Origin: an uncultured delta proteobacterium
GTDB lineage: Bacteria; Myxococcota; UBA727; VGSZ01
Length of the DNA stretch: 64,000 bases
NCBI GenBank assembly: GCA_963775425.1
Contig: CAVZJB010000017.1
Span: 192,001 to 256,000, forward strand
Direction of reading: 5' to 3'
The notes beneath the pieces were generated by a model. That model saw nothing but the letters and a program-made list of their open reading frames with translations. It was not told the origin of the DNA and ran no database searches. Positions 17,794-29,700 of the stretch are shown in pieces. Within the stretch, counting starts at the first letter, position 1. Every line of letters begins with the position of its first letter. The position numbers were made by a program, and so were the translations under genes.

Positions 17794-19779
17794 TCAGGCG
17801 CCCCGGTGCCGCCTGCGCTCCCAGTAGACGACGATGAGGCCGACGATCACCACGAACAACACACCGTTGACGTCGAAGGCGTAGGCCGGGAAGCGGAGGA
17901 TGGGTGGGACGCCGAGCAGCGGCACCACGGCGAACAGCATGGTGGCGCGCTCGTGGTGCGCCGCGGACACGAAGATGGCGAGGGCGATGATGATCTGCGC
18001 AGCGGCGAAGCCGAGCGCCACCGGCGCCCCGAAGGCCGCGACCGTCGCCCACATGAGGCCGTTGCACGCGGCGCCGGCCGCGCCCGCCGTGAAGTAGTTG
18101 CGTGTCACCACGCTCACATGCCGACGACGCGAAGCGACGAACGCCGCGACGGCGAAGCAGCCGGACATCGGGATGTTCGAGACCGCCAACAGGCGCGCAT
18201 CCAGGTGCCACGCGCCGGAGCGCTGGAGGACACCGCCGACGAGCGAAAACGCGAGCCAGATGATCCCCAAGGCGATGAAGACGGCGACGCGGAGGGCCGT
18301 GCCGCGGCGCGGATCGAGCGAGCGCTCGAGGTCATCGAGGCGGCGCCGCTCGTCGTCGGCGGCGGCCACGGACGCCTCGAGGCGCGTGAGCGCGAGGGCC
18401 ACGTCGCCGGCGGGCTCGGAGAGCTCGTCGACGAGGACGCGGGCGGCGGCGGCGCGCCCGCGGCGGATCTCCCACTGCGCCATGGTCCGGAGCGTGCGCG
18501 CGAGGCCGTCCTGGGCCTCGGCGGACTCCGGCCAACGCCGCAGGGCGACGGTGAAGCCGAAGCGCGCGCCGCTGTACGCGCGGTGGGCGGCGGCGTCGCG
18601 CTCGGGCGTATCCGGCTGCGCTGCGTCGCCGGCGACGATCGAGACGAGCTTTTCGATCTCCGCCTGCGCCTCGGCGATGACGTCGCGCGCGCCCGCGTGC
18701 GAGAGGTAGACCGCGAGCGCTTCGCGAAGCTCCTCGGCGCCGGCGAAGCGGGCCTCGCGGTCGCGAGAGAGGGCGCGCGCGCAGATGCCCGCGAGCTCCG
18801 TCGGGACGTCGGCCGGAAACGCCGGCGGCGCAGACACGAACGCCGCGTGGAGCGTCTCCGCGAGGGACGCGCCCACGTGCGGCGCGCGGCCGGTGAGGAC
18901 GACATGCAGCATGGCGCCGAGCAGGTACACGTCGCAGCGCTCGTCGAGGGGCTCGCCGGGCAGCGTCATCTCCGGCGCCATGAAGGCGGGCGTCCCGGTG
19001 ACGCCCGCGGGCGCGTCCGCGTCGGTGAGGCCGGCGACGGCGCGCCCGGGGAGCGCGGCGGCGGCGCCCCAATCGAGCAGGTAGACCTCACCGAACGAGC
19101 CGACCATCACGTTGGCCGGCTTGAGGTCCCGGTGAAGGACGCCGCGCGAGTGCGCGAACTGCACGGCCCGACACACGTCCATGAGCACGCCGACGTGGCG
19201 TTCGAGATCGTCGAGCGTCGACGCGCGCGCCGCGAGCATGCGAGACCACGCGTGGCCGTCGATGCGCTTCATGACGACGACGACGTCGCCCGCGGCGGTC
19301 CTTCCCGCGCCGTGAACCGGGACGATGTTCGGGTGCTCGAGTCTCCCGGTGACGCGACCCTCGAGCAGCAGGTCGCGCGCCGCGCTCTCGGTGTCGCTGC
19401 CGCCCCGCGCGGCGAGCTTCACGGCGACCTCGCGCTCGAGCGGCCGCTGCTCGGCGACGTGGATGCGGCCCATGCCCCCGCGGCCGATCTCGGCGCCGAG
19501 CACGATCTCGACGCCGGCGTCGCTGCCGACGAGCACCGGCAGGTCCGCCACCGGCAGCGGCGCGCGAGGCGCGGTGCGCGCCTCCGCGAGGATGGTGCCG
19601 TTTGCGTCGGGCGCGAGCGCGTCCGGGTCGACGCCGTACCCCCGCAGGATGCGCGCGAACGTCGCAGCGTCGGGCGCGACGTCGAGCGCGGGCTGCGACA
19701 AGAGCGGCCGCCCGGCGGCCGCGCCGCCTGCCGTCACGCACAGTGTCTCGTCACCGCTCACGATGGAACGGTAGCGCAT
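17794..19779 (-). CDS. Ser/Thr protein kinase with C-terminal multi-pass membrane domain
   Basis: GRGGMG, VAVK, HRDLKPAN, DWG, GTPAFMAPE; hydrophobic C-terminus; start uncertain. Confidence 0.88.
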   Translation of the reverse strand: MRYRSIVSGDETLCVTAGGAAAGRPLLSQPALDVAPDAATFARILRGYGVDPDALAPDANGTILAEARTAPRAPLPVADLPVLVGSDAGVEIVLGAEIGRGGMGRIHVAEQRPLEREVAVKLAARGGSDTESAARDLLLEGRVTGRLEHPNIVPVHGAGRTAAGDVVVVMKRIDGHAWSRMLAARASTLDDLERHVGVLMDVCRAVQFAHSRGVLHRDLKPANVMVGSFGEVYLLDWGAAAALPGRAVAGLTDADAPAGVTGTPAFMAPEMTLPGEPLDERCDVYLLGAMLHVVLTGRAPHVGASLAETLHAAFVSAPPAFPADVPTELAGICARALSRDREARFAGAEELREALAVYLSHAGARDVIAEAQAEIEKLVSIVAGDAAQPDTPERDAAAHRAYSGARFGFTVALRRWPESAEAQDGLARTLRTMAQWEIRRGRAAAARVLVDELSEPAGDVALALTRLEASVAAADDERRRLDDLERSLDPRRGTALRVAVFIALGIIWLAFSLVGGVLQRSGAWHLDARLLAVSNIPMSGCFAVAAFVASRRRHVSVVTRNYFTAGAAGAACNGLMWATVAAFGAPVALGFAAAQIIIALAIFVSAAHHERATMLFAVVPLLGVPPILRFPAYAFDVNGVLFVVIVGLIVVYWERRRHRGA

Positions 19780-19865
19780 GTGTCGTCGGTTTCCATGCCG
19801 GCGCCGCGAGCGATACGCGTCCGGCGAGCGCCTCGGCGCGGGAGCGCGTGGCGAACCGGCGCTGG

Positions 19866-20681
19866 TTATGCCGGGCCCTCGAAGCCGGTCAGCGCGTGGA
19901 GCGCGTCGTAGATGCCGGGCGCGGCACACACGAAGGCGTTGCCGTCGGTGAGCCAATCGGGGCGCGCTTCGAACGCGTTCACGCGCGCACCCGCCTCGCG
20001 CAGGATGACGAGGCCGGCGGCGACGTCCCAGGAGTTGAGGTGCTTTTCGATGTAGCCGTCGAGGCGACCGGAGGCGACGAAGGCGGTCTCGACGCAGGCG
20101 GAGCCGAGCCGGCGGATCTCCGCGCCCGAGTCCGAGACCCGCGTGCGGATCTCGTTCACCGGCCGGTTCTCGGTCCGCGTGGAGGAGCCCACGGCGACGA
20201 TCGCCTTGTTGAGCGACATCGTCCTGGCGGGCACGATGGGGACGCCGTCGAGCGTGGCGCCGGCACCGGCGGCGGCCGCGTACATCTCGTCCTGTTGCGA
20301 GAGGTGGATGACGCCCACGACCGGGGCGCCGTCGACGACGAGGCCGATGCTCACGGCGTACAGCGGCAGCCCGCGCAGGAAGTTGAAGGTGCCGTCGATG
20401 GGATCGATGACCCACACCGGCTGGCCCAGGGCCGGCGTGGTCTTCGCCCCCTCTTCACCGAAGAACGCGTGCCCCGGGAAGCGCTTCTGGAGCTCCTCGA
20501 CGATGAGCTCCTCGGTCTTCCGGTCTGCCTCGGAGACGTAGTCCTGCGCGCCCTTCTCCTCGACGTGGAGCTCGGCGCGCTTGCGAAACCAGACGTCCGC
20601 GCGCGCGCCGGCCATGCGGGCGACGTCGACGGCGGCGTCGCGGAAACGGGCGAGGTCGGCAGCGGGCAGCGCCGCGGTCAC
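19866..20681 (-). CDS. Inositol monophosphatase family protein
   Basis: GEE, WVIDPIDGTFNF, WDVAAG. Confidence 0.92.
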   Translation of the reverse strand: MTAALPAADLARFRDAAVDVARMAGARADVWFRKRAELHVEEKGAQDYVSEADRKTEELIVEELQKRFPGHAFFGEEGAKTTPALGQPVWVIDPIDGTFNFLRGLPLYAVSIGLVVDGAPVVGVIHLSQQDEMYAAAAGAGATLDGVPIVPARTMSLNKAIVAVGSSTRTENRPVNEIRTRVSDSGAEIRRLGSACVETAFVASGRLDGYIEKHLNSWDVAAGLVILREAGARVNAFEARPDWLTDGNAFVCAAPGIYDALHALTGFEGPA

Positions 20682-21715
20682 GGCAACATCCGTTCGCGCA
20701 CGAGCTTCACGAGCCCGTCGTAGCCGTCGAGGAACTGCTTGAGCGTGTGCACCGAGGCGCCGTACGCGGCGAACTCCTCGGCCTTGAGCGCGCCGTCGTC
20801 GTGGGCGCGCACGAAGTCGGGGACTGTGCGCAAGGACGCGAGGACGCGAGGGTCCACGGGCTCGTCGAGCGAGTCGCGCAGCTCGAACGACGACGCCTCG
20901 AACCGCTTCCACCAGCCGTAGGGGATGGTCTGGACGATGCCGGGTCCGACGAGCTCGGTCCAATGCAGGTGGTGCCGGTAGGCCGCCGCGAGGAGCGTCG
21001 CGTCGAAGCCGCGCTGCTTGAAGATGCGCGCGGCCTCCTTGAAGACGGCGATGCCGGCCCAGGCGATGTGGCCGGGATCGATGAGCCGCTTTTCCTTGTC
21101 GACCATGCGCTTGATGTGGTCGTCGACGCGGCCGATCATGAGCGTGACGACGTGGCGCGCCTTCTTCCTGGCCCGCGCGTCTCCGCGGGCGAGCGCCTCG
21201 GCGACGGCGACGGCCTGCGACGTCGTGAAGCTCACCGTGGCGTTCACCGGGATCCCCGCGGCCGCCATCTCCTCCATGGCCGCGATGCCGGCCTTGGTGG
21301 CCGGGGCCTTGATGGCGATGTTGGGGGCGAGCGCGGCGAGGACCTGTGCGTGCGCCGCCATGGCCTTCGCATCGCGCCAGTGCTTGGGGCTCACCTGGGC
21401 GCACAGGAGCCCGCGCCTCCCGCCGCTGCGCTCGTATTCGGGCTGGAGCAAGAGCGCGGCTTCGCGCACCACCTCGCCGACGAGGCGCCAGGCGACGTCG
21501 TCTTCGCCGGCCGCGGGGTGCTCGAGGATCAGGACGTCGAGGACGTTTTGCAGCCGCTCCTTGTCCGCGTTGACGGCGGCCGCGACGATGACCGGGTTGG
21601 ACGTCGCTCCGACGAAGCCGTGCGCCACCGCGTCCTTCAGCTCGCTGAGCGCGCAGGAGTCGTTCCACAGCTCCACGCCCCGCTTGGCCGTCTCCGCCAT
21701 CTTTCCGGTATGCAT
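20678..21715 (-). CDS. Transaldolase-family protein
   Basis: WNDS, GATSNP, Schiff-base Lys IAIKAPAT, VNATVSF; GGAG RBS. Confidence 0.88.
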   Translation of the reverse strand: MHTGKMAETAKRGVELWNDSCALSELKDAVAHGFVGATSNPVIVAAAVNADKERLQNVLDVLILEHPAAGEDDVAWRLVGEVVREAALLLQPEYERSGGRRGLLCAQVSPKHWRDAKAMAAHAQVLAALAPNIAIKAPATKAGIAAMEEMAAAGIPVNATVSFTTSQAVAVAEALARGDARARKKARHVVTLMIGRVDDHIKRMVDKEKRLIDPGHIAWAGIAVFKEAARIFKQRGFDATLLAAAYRHHLHWTELVGPGIVQTIPYGWWKRFEASSFELRDSLDEPVDPRVLASLRTVPDFVRAHDDGALKAEEFAAYGASVHTLKQFLDGYDGLVKLVRERMLP

Positions 21716-21891
21716 TACGTGGCTCCTCTTTCGACGCGGGGGACAAGCCCCCGCCCTACATTGTGCCCGACGGCGGCGTCGCCCCGAGACGGCACCGCGT
21801 GTTCCGCGCGCCCGAGGACGGCAGCGCCCGCCGCCGTGTTCTCCGCGCGCCCGAGGACGGCAGCGCCCGCCGCCGTGTGTTCCGTGCGCAT
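21715..21891 (-). CDS. Possible 58-aa repeat-derived ORF bridging iolE and the transaldolase
   Basis: ATG overlaps iolE TGA; its TAA overlaps the transaldolase ATG. Confidence 0.3.
   Translation of the reverse strand: MRTEHTAAGAAVLGRAENTAAGAAVLGRAEHAVPSRGDAAVGHNVGRGLVPRVERGAT
21803..21890. repeat. 39-bp tandem repeat, about 2.3 copies
   Basis: tccgcgcgcccgaggacggcagcgcccgccgccgtgt at 21803 and 21842, partial at 21881. Confidence 0.9.
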
Positions 21892-22817
21892 CAGACGCCC
21901 GCCTCGCGCCGGAGGTACTCGCGCGCGGTCCTGGCGTACTCGAGGGGGCTCGCCTTGTGCGGGTCCTGCTCGGCCTCGACGACGAGCCAGCCGCGGTAGC
22001 CGTGGCACGCGAGGGCGGCGAGGAACGCGGCGAAGTCGACGGCGCCGGCGGGGTCGCCCGGCACGGTGAACACGCCTTCGCGCACGGCGCGCTCGAAGGT
22101 CCACCCGCCGGAGCGCGCAGCGGCCACCACGCCGGCGCGCACGTTCTTCAGGTGCACATGGGTCACGCGCGCCGCGTGCTTGTCGAGGACGGCCAGCGGG
22201 TCGGCGCCGGTGAACGCGAGGTGGCCGGTGTCGACGAGGAGGCCCAGCGACGGGCACGCGGCCATGAGCGCGTCGACGTCGCCGGCGTCCTGGACCACCG
22301 TGCCCATGTGCTCGTGGTACGCGGTCTTCATCCCGAGCGCCGCCGCCTCCGCCGCGAGCGCCTGCAGCCCCTCGGTCAGCGCGCGCCACTGGCGCTCCTC
22401 GAGGAAGCGCCGTCCCCCCTCGAAGTACAGCGGGCTCTGGCCGTCGCCGTGGATGGCGTACGTACACTCGGCGACGATGACGACGTCGCTCCCCGCGGCC
22501 TTGAGCTTCTCGGCGTGCTTGCGGAAGCGCGCCCGCTCCTCGTCGAGCGGCCGCTCCGCCAGGAACGTGCTGTGCCAGCCGGACGCCAGGCGCAGGCCGA
22601 AGCGGTCGAGCAGCGCCGTGATGGCGCCGCCGTCGTCGGGGAAGCGGTGACCGAGCTCCGTTCCCGCGTAACCGGCCTCGCGCATCTCGCCGAGACACTG
22701 CTCGAGCGACGTGCCCGCGCCGAGGTCCTTGAAGTCGTCGTTGATCCAGTTGATCGGCTGCGCGGCGACGGCGACGTCGGCGGGGCTCAATCGGGGTGCT
22801 TCGGGCGAAGTCATCAT
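21891..22817 (-). CDS. iolE: myo-inosose-2 dehydratase
   Basis: PINWINDD, GTELG, ASGWHS, YHEHMGT, DTGH, HVHLKN, WLVVEAEQDP. Confidence 0.93.
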   Translation of the reverse strand: MMTSPEAPRLSPADVAVAAQPINWINDDFKDLGAGTSLEQCLGEMREAGYAGTELGHRFPDDGGAITALLDRFGLRLASGWHSTFLAERPLDEERARFRKHAEKLKAAGSDVVIVAECTYAIHGDGQSPLYFEGGRRFLEERQWRALTEGLQALAAEAAALGMKTAYHEHMGTVVQDAGDVDALMAACPSLGLLVDTGHLAFTGADPLAVLDKHAARVTHVHLKNVRAGVVAAARSGGWTFERAVREGVFTVPGDPAGAVDFAAFLAALACHGYRGWLVVEAEQDPHKASPLEYARTAREYLRREAGV

Positions 22818-22842
22818 GCGATCTCGTCGGGCGTCGCCGTTT

Positions 22843-24698
<1,856 letters not shown>

Positions 24699-24702
<4 letters not shown>

Positions 24703-25511
24703 AGGAGCTCCTTGGGCGTAAAGCCCTGGTCCTTGCCGTCGAGGATCCAGCGGTGCTCGTCGGCGAAGGTGAAGCCGGTGTACCTGGCGCCGGGTTGGTG
24801 GCGCACGATCCACAGGTAGTACATGCCGTAGCCGGGCGCGGCGACCTGCGGGTGATCGACGCCGTCCAGGATCTTGACCGTGTCGCCGTGCTTGACCTTG
24901 ACGACGTCGTCACCGAGCTCGGCGTGGCCGTAGCCCTGCGGCTTCGTGAAGCGGTAGTGGTACAGCTCCGCCTGCGCGTGGTGGTGCGGCGGATAGCTCG
25001 ACCACCGCCCCGGCAGGTTCACGACCTCGCCCACGACGAGCATCGACTGCGGCCGCTTCTCGAGATCGAACGTGAGGCGCACCACGCGGAGCGACGCGTC
25101 CTGCGCGAACCCCTTGCCGCGCTGCTCGCTCGATGTCTCCTGCGGGAGGAACAGGCGCGCAGAAAACGACGCCGCGTTGTCGCAGCGCGCGCGCCCCCAC
25201 TCGACGTCAGCGTCGGCCTCGATGCGCACGCCTTGGCCGCGCGCGAGCGACAGCACCGTCGGCCGCTCGTCGAACAGGCTGCTGCGCGACACGGCGGCGT
25301 CGACGCCCTCCGCCGTCACGCGCGCCTTGCCGTCGAAGAGCACCCAGGCGGTCTCCTTGTCCGACGCCTCGTCGATGACCTCGCCCGCGCGCATGCGCAC
25401 GACGGCGAAGTCGACGCCGCAGTCGCCGGCCGCGTCGCCCTCGGTGGTGATGGGCGTGGTGCCGAACGGGAAGCCGCCGCGGTGGGCGGTGTCGTGACAG
25501 GGGTGCGGCAT
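24699..25511 (-). CDS. iolB: 5-deoxy-glucuronate isomerase
   Basis: GEV..PGRWSSYPPHHH..ELYHYRF, HPQVAAPGY. Confidence 0.92.
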
Positions 25512-25553
25512 GCCCGCCTTGTCGCGGACGCGCCCGGGCAATTCAACCGGGGG

Positions 25554-26144
25554 TCAACGGGGCTTGCCGTCGGCCAGCGTGTGATCGCGCTTGACGCTCG
25601 ACATCTTCGAGGCCGCGTGGGGGTTGTCGTCGGTGACGACGGAGCCGCTCTGCGCCGGGACGCCGTGCGCCTCGGAGAGCGGGCGCTCGGCGCCGGGGCG
25701 CCCCTCCGCGAGGCTGCGCGGGCGCGTCAGCAGCGGCTTGTCGCGCGGGGGAGGCGGCGGCATCTCCTCCGCCGGCTCGCGGTCCTCGAAGAGCGCGCGG
25801 ATGGCCGCGGGCGCCTCGGTCCCCGCCGGCGGTCCCTCGCAGATGTCGACGAGCGCGCGCGCCGTGACGAGCGCGAGCTCGAGCGCGTGCGACGGGGAGA
25901 CATGCGCCCGGGCGGACGCGCGGTTGACGAGGTCGTCTACGCTGGTCGGGGCGTCGTCGCCGGCGCCGAGCAGATCGACGTCGAGGCCTTCGAGCGTCGC
26001 CAGCTCCGAGCGCGCCGGCACCGAGAGCGAGGGGCCGAGCAGCTCGAGGAGCGCTCGGCCCGTCCTCGTGGCCTCGTCCAGTGACGCGCCGGCCTTGTCG
26101 GCGACCGTCTCCCAGAGCTCCTGGGCCCGTGTCGGTCGAAACAT
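25554..26144 (-). CDS. Hypothetical protein (DUF2267-like N-terminus)
   Basis: Helical N-terminus; LAEGRPG..PLSEA..NPH..K.SS tail recalled from myxobacterial proteins. Confidence 0.55.
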   Translation of the reverse strand: MFRPTRAQELWETVADKAGASLDEATRTGRALLELLGPSLSVPARSELATLEGLDVDLLGAGDDAPTSVDDLVNRASARAHVSPSHALELALVTARALVDICEGPPAGTEAPAAIRALFEDREPAEEMPPPPPRDKPLLTRPRSLAEGRPGAERPLSEAHGVPAQSGSVVTDDNPHAASKMSSVKRDHTLADGKPR

Positions 26145-26305
26145 CGTGCACCTCGTTTGATTCTTGTTCGCATCGCCCGTGCCAGACGACACGCGCGACC
26201 GAACGCCCCGCTCGCCGCGCGCCCGCGCGATCCCGCACCGTGCCTGTGAACGCTCGCCCACGTCGTCGCGCCACCCCGCACGCGCCGCCGCCCCACGCTC
26301 GGCGC

Positions 26306-26716
26306 TCAGGCGCGCTCCGCCACCACGAACGCGCCCGCCGTGTTGCCGTCGTGCGTGAGCGAGACGTGCAGCCTGTCGATCTCGAGCGCCCGCAACAGCG
26401 CCGCCGCCGCCGCCGAGAGCACGAGCGTGGGGCGGCCGCGCGCGTCGCGCCGCACCTCGACGTCGACGAGCGGCACAGGCGCAGGCTCGAGCCCGAGCGC
26501 CGCCGCCGCCCCGTCCAGCGCTTTCAGCGCCGCCTCCTTGGCCGCGAAGCGCGCCGCCAGGTGAACCACCGGGTCGCCGTGCGCCTCGCGCTCGCAGTAG
26601 CGCAGCTCCGTCTCCGTGAACGTCGCGGCGACGAAGCGCGTGCGCGCCCCCGCCGGCCCCACCAAGCCGGCGAAGGCGCCGACGTCGACGAGGTCCATGC
26701 CGACGCCGGCGATCAC
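26306..26716 (-). CDS. acpS: Holo-ACP synthase
   Basis: GVGMDLVD, FTETE, LAARFAAKEAALKA, VSLTHDG. Confidence 0.93.
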   Translation of the reverse strand: MIAGVGMDLVDVGAFAGLVGPAGARTRFVAATFTETELRYCEREAHGDPVVHLAARFAAKEAALKALDGAAAALGLEPAPVPLVDVEVRRDARGRPTLVLSAAAAALLRALEIDRLHVSLTHDGNTAGAFVVAERA

Positions 26717-26798
26717 GGCGCGCTCCCCCGGCGCGCGCGCCGCGCCGGCGACGGAGACGGCGACAGCGACGGCGACGGCGACGGCCCGCGGCTGCGGA

Positions 26799-29700
26799 TC
26801 AAGCGCGCCCCCCGGCGTCGAGCAGGGCGCGCGCCTCGACGTCGCCGCCGAAGCCCGCGGGACGCTCGCGCGGGACGAACAGCGGGGCCCGCCCGCTCAA
26901 CACGCGCTGCAGCCGCTGCTCGGCGCTCCTGCGGCGCGCCTCCATGCGCGCGGCGTAGTCGGCGCGCACGTCTTCGGCGAGCGCGCGCCAGAACAGGAAC
27001 GGGTGCGCGAGGCACACGAGCGCGCTCACGTGCCCGAAGCCGAGCGTGGTCACCACGCCCGCCTTGAGCGCGTGCCACGGCAAGCGCGTGGCGCGATCGC
27101 TCCACACCAGACGGCCGAAGGCGCGCATGTCGTCGTCGACGTCGTCGAGGCTCGCGTTGCCGGGGACGACGCCGTCGGCCATCGCCTGCAGCAAGCCGTT
27201 CATCTGCCACGCCGCCGCCGCGCCCTTCGGGTGGCCGGTCAGCGACTTCTGCGAGATGACGAAGAGCGGCTTGTGCGGCGCCCTTCCGAGCGACGTCATC
27301 ATCGTCTCGTGCAAGCGGGCCTCGTTGAGGTCGTTCGCCTGCGTGGAGCTGTCGTGCTTGGAGACGACGCCGACGTCGTCGGCGACGAGCCCGAGCACGG
27401 CCAACGCCCCGCGCAGCGGCGAGATGTCCCTTCGGTCGCGCATGAAGTCGTGCGCGAGCCGCCGCTTCTCGGCCGCCACGATGGCGTCCGCCTGCGCGGC
27501 GCCCAAGAGCCGCGCGAGCTCCGGCCGGCGCTTGTCGAGCTCGCGCGCCGCGCGACGTCGAAGCTCGAGGTCACACGCCGTGTGGTCGACGGGGTCGGTG
27601 CGGTCCTCCGTCGCGAGCGCGAGCGCCCCCTGCCCCGGCGCCGGCACGCTCTTCTGCAGGCCGTCGCCGCTCGTGCCCGCGAACGCCACCACGCCGTAGA
27701 CCGGCAGCGCCAGCTTCACGGCGAGGCTCGCGCGACACACGACCACGACGCCGGCGCCCTGCGACTCCACGAAGCCGCGTCGGCGGGCGTCGTTGGGGCG
27801 CGACATGAAGCGAGGCTCGACGCCGCGCGCGGCGAGGTCGTCGGTGTCGGCGGTGGCGCCCATGTCGCCGAAGCCGAGGTTGCCGGCTTCGGAGAGGTCG
27901 TCGGCGCCGCCGGCGACGACGAGGTCGGCCTGGCCCGTCTTGATCTTGTCGACGGCTTCGCTGAGCGACAGGCCACCGGTGGCGCACGCGCCCACCGGGA
28001 AGCTCATCGGGCCGTAGCTGCCGAGGAACGACTGCACGACGTACCCGCCGATGACGTTGATGAGCGTCTCCTGCAGCGCGTCGTTTTGCCGGTCGGCGCC
28101 GTCGTAGAAGTCGCGGTAGAGCTTCTTGAGCTTGGTCATGCCGCCGATGCCGGTGCCGATGGTGACGCCGGCGCGCCCCGGGTGCAGGTGCGCGAACAGC
28201 TCCTCGGGCGTGAGGCCCGCGGCGAGGAACGCCTCGGCCGTGGACACCAGGCAGTACAGCGTCACCGGGTCGACCTGCGCGCACAGCTCCTTGGGCACGC
28301 CGAGGCGTGCGGCGTCCCAACCCGTCGGGATCTGCCCGGCCACCGCGCGGTGCAGGCGGAACGCCGCCGGCACGCGCACCACGGAGCCCGCCCGCTTGAC
28401 GACGAACAGCGCGCCGCCGTCGTCGACGACGACGGTGCCCTCCGGGTCGTCCTCGACCATCGCCGCCGCCGTCTCCCGGGTGGGGACAGGGAAGCGGAAG
28501 TCGCGCTCGAGGTGCACCTCGACGAGACGCGGCGTGCGGCGGGGATCGAAGCCCGTGACCGCGGGCTCGATGACGCGCACGCCCGCGTGCGCGAGCACGT
28601 GCTCCTCGTACTTCGCGATGACCTCGTCGTCGGCGACGCGCTCGCCGGAGGCGGCGTCGACGAAACCTGCGCCTTTGTCGTCGGGGCGAACGAGGCCCAT
28701 CATCCAAGCGAGCTCGAGCACCGCCTCGATGGAGAGCTTGGCGTCCTTCTCGATGGCCCAGCGCGTGCGCGCGCTGCCCCACGGGCTCACCTCACCGGTG
28801 CCGACGACGACGATGAGCTCGTCGAGGTCGAGGTGGTCGAGCTGCGGCAGGAGCGCCAGGTCCGCCTCGCACGGCACGGGCACGCGCAGGCGCTGCCGGG
28901 CCAACGGCGCCGTCTTCGACGTCGACGAGCCGGCCGCGGCGCCGGCGACGCGAGCCCACGCCTCGTCGAGGACGCGGCGGCGCGCCTCGAGGCGGGCGTC
29001 GGCGGCGACGCGGTCGCGATACTCCCGCATGAGCCCTGCGAGGTCCGGGACGGCGCCGAGGCCCCCGGTGAGATCGGCGACGAACGGCGCGCGCGCGGCG
29101 GCGACGTCGTCCATGAGGGCGACGACGGCGTCGGCCATCTCGTCCCCGGAGAACGTCTTCAGCCCACGCTCCTCGAGGAACGTCGCCGCGCCGTCGTTTT
29201 TGTGCATCAAGCCCGTGCCGCGCACCCAGCCGATGCGCGCGCCGACGACGGCGACGTTCTTGCCCCAGGCCTCCGAGCGCTGCTTGTCGAGCAGCGCCTC
29301 GAGCGCGGCCTTGCACTCGCCGTAGGCGCCGTCGCCGCCGAAGGTGCCGTGGTTGGGCGACAGCGGAAGGATGACGTGCGCCCGCGTGCCCCGCGCCGCG
29401 TGCAGCTCGGCGACGCGCGCGACGAGGCGCTCGACGCCCAGGACGAGCACGCGGAACATGGTGAGCGAGCGCGGCCCCATGGAGAGGAGGTCCGCAGTCT
29501 CGGCGACGGCGCCGAAGGGGATGACGAGGTCGGGGACCATGGGCGGCTTGGCGACCCGGTCCACCGAGCCCACGCGCTCCTTCTGCGGCTCCGCGAGGAA
29601 GCGCACGAGATCGTCGACGTCGGCGAAGCTGCCTTGGTTGGCGGGCACCACGTGCAGCTCCGCGCCGAGCGCGGCGTGCTCCTGGTACAGGGCCTTGAAC

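Noticed and set aside
21803-21890. Repeat as a mini CRISPR array
   Set aside because: Contiguous tandem copies with no spacers and no cas genes
26749-26786. GACGGC-type hexamer run between fas and acpS
   Set aside because: Short low-complexity sequence typical of this genome
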